Source: an uncultured Spirochaetota bacterium (GTDB lineage Bacteria; Spirochaetota; Spirochaetia; SZUA-6; CAVTHK01). From it: a stretch of DNA of 64,000 nucleotides. Made by a program: the position numbers and the translations under genes. The stretch spans positions 416,001 to 480,000 of the forward strand of contig CAVTHK010000001.1 in assembly GCA_963734495.1 (NCBI GenBank), in the 5' to 3' direction. Positions 57,556-64,000 of the stretch are shown piece by piece. The notes beneath the pieces were generated by a model. The model did not search any database, had not been told where the DNA came from, and saw nothing but the letters and a program-made list of their open reading frames with translations. The stretch's first letter is position 1, and each line of letters begins with the position of its first letter.

Positions 57556-58509
57556 GTGGACCTTCATCACCCTATTGGCGTTCTGTTCATGGCGTACGGC
57601 GGCCCCGACTCGCTCGAGGAGGTGCCGGGCTACCTCGCCGACATCCGCTCCGGGCGGCCGACGCCCGCGCGGGTCACGGCCGAGATCCGGCGCAACTACG
57701 AGCGCATCGGCGGCCGCTCGCCGCTGCGGGAGCTGAGCGAGCGGCAGGTGGCCGCGGTGGCGCGGAGGCTGGACGCGGCGGCGTACCGCTGCTATCTCGG
57801 GATGCGGCACTGGTCCCCATGGATCGAGGAGGTGGTCGGCCGCATGGTGGGCGACGGGATCACGCGCGCGGTCAGCGTCGTGCTCGCGCCCCACTACAGC
57901 GCGATGAGCGTGGGCCGCTACGAGGCGAAGATCGCCGACGGGCTGGCCATGTACGGCGGCGAGATGGAGATCGCGGGGGTGAGGAGCTATCACGACCACC
58001 CCTTGTATATCGAGGCCCTCGCGGCCACGGTCGCCGAAGGGCTCGAGCGCTGGCCTGCCCCGGAGCGGCAGGCGGTGCACGTGGTCTTCAGCGCCCACAG
58101 CCTCCCCGCCCGCATCGTCGCCGAGGGCGACCCCTACGACGGACAGGTGCGGGAAACGGCGCGCCTCGTCGCGGAGAGGTGCGGCCTCGAGCCTTCGCGC
58201 TGGTCCTGGAGCTACCAGTCGGCGGGAAAGAGCCCTGAGCCCTGGCTCGGGCCGCAGCTCGAGGACTACATTCCCGAGCTGGCAGGCCGGGGAATCCGCA
58301 GCGTGCTCAGCGTGCCGGTGGGGTTCGTCTCCGAGCACGTCGAGGTCCTCTATGACATCGACATCGAGGCGAAGCAGGCCGCCGCCGGCTGCGGCGTGCG
58401 TCTGGAGCGGGCCCGCGCCCTGAACGACGATCCGCTGTTCGTCGAGACGCTGGCGGATGTCGTGCGGGCCGCGGCCGCGCCGTGGCTCTCCGCGGAGGCG
58501 GCGGCGTGA
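57556..58509 (+). CDS. hemH: Ferrochelatase (coproporphyrin ferrochelatase CpfC-type)
   Basis: MAYGGP, YERIGGRSPL, VLAPHYSAMSVG, FSAHSLP, YQSAG...PWLGP and GFVSEHVEVLYDIDIE. Confidence 0.94.
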   Translation: MDLHHPIGVLFMAYGGPDSLEEVPGYLADIRSGRPTPARVTAEIRRNYERIGGRSPLRELSERQVAAVARRLDAAAYRCYLGMRHWSPWIEEVVGRMVGDGITRAVSVVLAPHYSAMSVGRYEAKIADGLAMYGGEMEIAGVRSYHDHPLYIEALAATVAEGLERWPAPERQAVHVVFSAHSLPARIVAEGDPYDGQVRETARLVAERCGLEPSRWSWSYQSAGKSPEPWLGPQLEDYIPELAGRGIRSVLSVPVGFVSEHVEVLYDIDIEAKQAAAGCGVRLERARALNDDPLFVETLADVVRAAAAPWLSAEAAA

Positions 58510-59945
58510 GCCGGGGCGGCACGAGCGGCGGGGGTGCCGCCGACGTCGTCATCGTCGGCGGGGGCGCGGCCGGCCTCGCCGCGGCGCTGCGCCTGCGCCG
58601 GGCCGCGCCCGGGGCGCGGGTCGTCCTCGTCGAGCGCGAGCCCCGGCTCGGCGGGAAGATCGTCACCGAGCGCGACGCGGGCTTCGTCGTGGAGGGAGGG
58701 CCGGACTCGTTCCTGTCGCGCAAGCCGAGAGGCCCGGGCCTCTGCCGCGAGCTGGGGATCGCGGGCAGGCTGATCGGCAGGCGCGAGGAGCACCGCGGCA
58801 GCTCGGTGCTGCACGAGGGCAGGCTTCTCCCGCTGCCCGAGGGGCTTTCGGGGGTGGTGCCCACGGACCTGGAGGCTCTCTCGCGCACGGGCCTGCTCTC
58901 GGACGAGGGCAGGCTGCGGATCGCGGCCGAGCCCGAGGTCCCGGCTCTGGCCGGGGCGGACGACGAGAGCCTCGCCTCGTTCTTTACGCGCAGGCTCGGG
59001 CGCGAGGCCTGGGAAAGGCTGGTCGAGCCGCTCGTCACCGGCATCTACGGAGGCTCAGGCGACGGCACGAGCCTCGCCGCGACTTTTCCCTGGCTGCGCG
59101 AGATGGAGCGCGCGCACGGGAGCCTGCTCCGGGGGCTCGGGGCGGCGGCCCCGCCCGCCACGGCGGCGCAGGCCGGGGCCCTTCCCGCGTTCGTCAGCTT
59201 CCCGCGCGGCATGGCCGAGATCGTCGAGGCGGCGGAGCGCGGCCTCGCGGGATGCGAGCTGCTGCGCGGCAGCGCCGCGGTCGCGCTCGAGCGCCGGCCG
59301 GGCGGCTTTGCGATCGAGCTCGCGAGCAGCGAGCGCATCGAGGTCCGCTGCGTCCTCCTCGCGATTCCGGCGCCCGCAGCCGCGGAGTTGCTCGAGCCCC
59401 TCGACGCCGAGCTCGCGTCGCTGCTTTCGGAAATCCGCTACAGCTCCTCCGCTGTCGTCAGCCTGGCGTTCGACGAGCGCTCGTTCCCCGCTTCGGGGTC
59501 CGGCTACCTCGTGCCGCGCGCCGCGGGGACCCGGGTCATGGCCTGCACGTTCGCGTCCAGCAAGTGGCCGGGCCGGGCGCCCGCGGGCAGCGCTCTCTGC
59601 CGCGTGTTCGTCGGCGACGACGGTGGCGACCGCGGCGTCGGCGACCTCGTGCCGGAAGCGCGCGAAGAGCTGCGGCGCACCCTCGCCGTGACCGCCGCGC
59701 CGCTGCGGGCCTGGGTGCACCGGTGGCCCCACGCGCTTCCGCAATACCGCGTAGGCCATCTCGAGCGCGTGGCCCTCATCGAGGAGCGGCTCCCGCGGCT
59801 CGGGGGCCTGTTCCTCGCCGGCGCCTCGTACCGCGGCCTCGGCGTGCCGGACTGCATCCTCTCCGGCGAGCAGGCCGCGGATCGGGCCGCTTCCGCGCTG
59901 CGCGAGGAGCTGCCCGTCGCCGCCGGCGGGGAGGCCGCGTCGTGA
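58506..59945 (+). CDS. hemY: HemY-type (copro/proto)porphyrinogen oxidase (CgoX)
   Basis: IVGGGAAGL, EGGPDSFL, EPLVTGIYGG, PQYRVGH and GASYRGLGVPDCI. Confidence 0.93.
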   Translation: MSRGGTSGGGAADVVIVGGGAAGLAAALRLRRAAPGARVVLVEREPRLGGKIVTERDAGFVVEGGPDSFLSRKPRGPGLCRELGIAGRLIGRREEHRGSSVLHEGRLLPLPEGLSGVVPTDLEALSRTGLLSDEGRLRIAAEPEVPALAGADDESLASFFTRRLGREAWERLVEPLVTGIYGGSGDGTSLAATFPWLREMERAHGSLLRGLGAAAPPATAAQAGALPAFVSFPRGMAEIVEAAERGLAGCELLRGSAAVALERRPGGFAIELASSERIEVRCVLLAIPAPAAAELLEPLDAELASLLSEIRYSSSAVVSLAFDERSFPASGSGYLVPRAAGTRVMACTFASSKWPGRAPAGSALCRVFVGDDGGDRGVGDLVPEAREELRRTLAVTAAPLRAWVHRWPHALPQYRVGHLERVALIEERLPRLGGLFLAGASYRGLGVPDCILSGEQAADRAASALREELPVAAGGEAAS

Positions 59946-61186
59946 TCACGGTGGTCGGCATCAATCACCGCTCCGCCCGCCTCGCCCTGAGGGAGGCGCT
60001 GGCCTTGGACCCCCTGCAGTCCCTCGCCTTCCTCGCCGAAGCGAGAGCCGCGGGCCTGCTCGAGGAGGGGGTCGTGGTCTCGACGTGCAACCGCACGGAG
60101 GTCTACGGTACGCGCGTGGCCGATGCCGGGCCGCTGATCGCCGCGCTCGCCCGCTTCAAGGGCCGCGAGGTCGACGCGAGCTTCTTCTACGTCCATCGCC
60201 AGAGAGACGCCGTGCGGCACCTGTTCCGCGTGGCGTCGGGCCTCGACTCGATGGTGCTCGGCGAGAACGAGATCCTCGGCCAGGTGCGGACGGCCTACAG
60301 GCTCAGCCTCGAAGCGGGCCACGCGGCCGCCGTGCTCGACCGTCTCTTTTCGGGCGCGCTCGAAACGGGCAAGAAGGTGCGGGCGGAGACGAGCATCAAC
60401 CGCGGCGCCTCTTCGGTGAGCCAGGCGGCCGTCGAGCTGTGCAGCCGCGAGTTCCCGGACCTGGCCGCGCGGCCGGTGCTCCTGGTCGGCGCGGGCGAGA
60501 ACGGGCGCCTGGTGCTGCAGAGCCTGGCGAAGCGCGGGAACCGGCGGATCCTCGTCGCCAACCGCACGCGCGGAAGGGCCGAGGATCTCGCCTCCGGGTT
60601 CGCGGCCCGGGTCGTGTCGATGGGCGAGCTCGACCGGGCGCTGGAGGAGTGCGACGTCGTTCTCGCATCGACCTCCTCGCCCGTGCCCCTGGTCGCCGCC
60701 GACGCGGTCGAGCGGGCGCTCGAGCGCCGCGGCGGCAGGCCCCTGCTGCTGATCGACCTCTCGGTACCGCGCAACGTCGAGCGGCGGGTGGGCTCGCTCG
60801 CGGGCGTGCGGCTGCTCGACATGGACGACCTGCAGGCCCACGTGCGCGAGGGCCAGGCGGGACGCAGGGGCGAAGCGCGCAAGGCCGAGCGCCTGGTCGA
60901 TGAGGGAACCGACGCGTTCATGCGCCGCATGGAGACCTTCGACCTCAAGCCTCTGATCGGGGAGCTGCGCGGGCGCCTCGAGCGCGCCCGGGATGCCGAG
61001 GTCGCGGCCTTCCGCCCCGCGGGGGACGCGGCGGACCCCGCCGATCTCAGCCGCCTCGCCGAGGGCGTGAACCGGCGCATCCTCGGTCTCGTGATCAGGA
61101 ACATCCGCCGCATGGCCGAAGAGGGCCGCTGGGAGGGCGCGGAGTCCGTCGTGCGCGAGCTCTTCGACCTGGAGAATCCCTCATGA
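59942..61186 (+). CDS. hemA: Glutamyl-tRNA reductase
   Basis: VGINHRSA...RE, STCNRTEVY, HLFRVASGLDSMVLGENEILGQV, GAGENG, ANRT and DLSVPRNV. Confidence 0.95.
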   Translation: MITVVGINHRSARLALREALALDPLQSLAFLAEARAAGLLEEGVVVSTCNRTEVYGTRVADAGPLIAALARFKGREVDASFFYVHRQRDAVRHLFRVASGLDSMVLGENEILGQVRTAYRLSLEAGHAAAVLDRLFSGALETGKKVRAETSINRGASSVSQAAVELCSREFPDLAARPVLLVGAGENGRLVLQSLAKRGNRRILVANRTRGRAEDLASGFAARVVSMGELDRALEECDVVLASTSSPVPLVAADAVERALERRGGRPLLLIDLSVPRNVERRVGSLAGVRLLDMDDLQAHVREGQAGRRGEARKAERLVDEGTDAFMRRMETFDLKPLIGELRGRLERARDAEVAAFRPAGDAADPADLSRLAEGVNRRILGLVIRNIRRMAEEGRWEGAESVVRELFDLENPS

Positions 61187-62130
61187 GCAGCGACAGGGCG
61201 GCGGGCGGCGGTGGGCGCGCGAAGCGGATCGTCATCGGCACCAGGGCGAGCGCGCTGGCGAGGGCCCAGACCGAGCAGGTCGCGCGGGCGATCCGCGCGC
61301 TCCACCCGGAGGTCGATGTCGAGACGCTCCTCATCCAGACCCGGGGCGACCGCGAGTCCGCGAGCCCTCTCGCCGAGATCGGCGGCAAGGGGCTGTTCAC
61401 GGCGGAGCTCGAGCAGGCGCTGCGGGACGGGAGGATCGATCTCGCCGCGCACAGCCTCAAGGACCTGCCGACCAGCCTGCCGGACGGCCTCGCCATCGCG
61501 GCGGTGCTCCCGCGCGCGGACCCCCGCGACGTCGTGGTGAGCAGCGCCGGAAAGCTCGCCGACCTGCCCGCCGGCTCGACGGTCGGCACTTCCAGCCCGC
61601 GGAGGCGGGCGCAGCTGATCAGCGCCGCGCCCGGGCTGCGCGTCGTCGAGATCAGGGGCAACGTCGACACGAGAATTCGAAAGATGAAGGAAGGCGCCTG
61701 CACCGCGCTGGTGCTCGCGGCCGCCGGCCTCGTCCGCCTCGGGCTCGAGAGCCTGGTGACCGAGTACCTCGCGCCCGAGGTCATGGTGCCGGCGCCCGGG
61801 CAGGGCATCATCGCGATCGAGTCCCGCGATCGGGACCCGAAGCTCGCGCCGCTGTTCGCGGCGATCAATCACGCGCCCACCTGGGCCGCGGCCCGCGCGG
61901 AGCGGGCGTTCCTGCGGCGCATCGGCGGCGGGTGCCGCGCGCCGGCCGGCTGCCTCGCATCGATCGAAGGCGGCCGCGCGCGCGTGACCGGCCTGCTCGC
62001 CGACCCGGACGGCCGGCGCATCGTGCGGGAGACGCTCGCGTGCGACGAGGCCGACGTCGAGCGCACCGCGGAGCGGCTCGCCGAGCTCCTGCTGGACAGG
62101 GGGGGCCGCGAGATCGTGGAGAGCCTGTGA
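61183..62130 (+). CDS. hemC: Hydroxymethylbilane synthase (porphobilinogen deaminase)
   Basis: IGTRASALA, GKGLFTAELE, HSLKDLP, GTSSPRR, IRGNVDTR, PAPGQG and GGGC (cofactor Cys). Confidence 0.96.
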   Translation: MSSDRAAGGGGRAKRIVIGTRASALARAQTEQVARAIRALHPEVDVETLLIQTRGDRESASPLAEIGGKGLFTAELEQALRDGRIDLAAHSLKDLPTSLPDGLAIAAVLPRADPRDVVVSSAGKLADLPAGSTVGTSSPRRRAQLISAAPGLRVVEIRGNVDTRIRKMKEGACTALVLAAAGLVRLGLESLVTEYLAPEVMVPAPGQGIIAIESRDRDPKLAPLFAAINHAPTWAAARAERAFLRRIGGGCRAPAGCLASIEGGRARVTGLLADPDGRRIVRETLACDEADVERTAERLAELLLDRGGREIVESL

Positions 62131-62914
62131 GCGCGCCCCTCTGCGGCGCGCGCGTGCTCGTGACGCGCGAGCGCGAGCGGGCGAGCGGCCTCGCCGCGGC
62201 GCTGCGGGCGCACGGGGCCGAAGCGGTCGAGCTGCCGTGCGTCGAGATCGCCGCGGTCGAGGATCCGCGCGAGCTCGAGGCGCTCGACCGGGCGCTCGCG
62301 TCGTGGGCGAGCTTCGGCTGGGCGATCTTCACCTCGGTGCACGCGGTCGACGCCGTCGCCGCGAGGCTCGCCGCGCTCGGGCGCGCGGCCGGCGGGCCGC
62401 GGGTCGCGGCGGTCGGGGCCGTGACGGCGGCGAGGCTCGCCGCGGCGGGCTTCGGCGTGGAGCTGCAGCCGCCGCGCGCGGACGCGGCCTCGCTCGCGCA
62501 GGCCCTCGCCGCTCTCGGCGTCGCGGGCGAGCGCGTGCTCGTGCCCGCGTCGGAGCTGGCCGATGGGGCCCTGAGCGAGGCGCTCGAGGCGGCCGGGGCG
62601 TCCGTGACTGAGGTGCGCGCGTATCGCAACCGCCGTCCCCGCTACGACGCCGGCGAAGTCGCCCGCCTGCTCGAGCCCGCCCCCGACGTCGTGCTCTTTG
62701 CCAGCCCGTCCGCCGCCGATCACCTGGTCGAGATCCTGCGCGAGGCGGGCCTCGAAGGCCTTGCGTCCGCGCTCCGCGCGGTCACGATCGGCCCGCGGAC
62801 CACGGAGACGGTCCGGCGGCTCGGCATCGAGGTCGCCGCCGAGGCGTGGGAAGCTTCGGCAGCGGGGCTCGTGGCCGCGACCGTCGAATACTGGCAGCGC
62901 AACGGAGGCGGATG

Positions 62915-62915
<1 letters not shown>
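62127..62915 (+). CDS. hemD: Uroporphyrinogen-III synthase
   Basis: [31 protein letters not shown] and IGPRT; lies between hemC and hemB. Confidence 0.9.

Positions 62916-64000
<1,085 letters not shown>

Overview
High-GC bacterial chromosomal window, densely coding, with no rRNA, tRNA, CRISPR array or recognisable mobile element. The cysteine-free '...WAGGQxE'-type signal peptides of its sugar-binding proteins suggest a free-living Spirochaetia-like organism (inference). Most of the window encodes carbohydrate uptake and catabolism: five CUT1 ABC systems without an ATPase subunit, GHL6-, GH51- and GH30-like proteins, GarR, UxuA, three aldo/keto reductases and other oxidoreductases. It also holds a TPP-riboswitch-controlled ykoFEDC-like thiamine-precursor ECF operon, a tandem FMN-binding lipoprotein, an ankyrin lipoprotein, an orphan PAS histidine kinase and a Tm-1-like (UPF0261 + TIM-barrel) gene pair. 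The right end carries a single operon for the coproporphyrin-dependent heme pathway (chdC-hemE-hemH-hemY-hemA-hemC-hemD-hemB-hemL). The most unusual signals are a methyltransferase with eukaryotic PRMT-like motifs, a GH30-like protein whose nucleophile Glu appears to be Ser, repeated leaderless-promoter geometry, structured leaders upstream of garR and one sugar-binding gene, and an unlisted GHKL ATPase at the left edge. Nine apparent frameshifts in eight genes all fit +1 insertions and look like assembly error rather than pseudogenisation. All family assignments come from motif recognition by eye; no searches were run.
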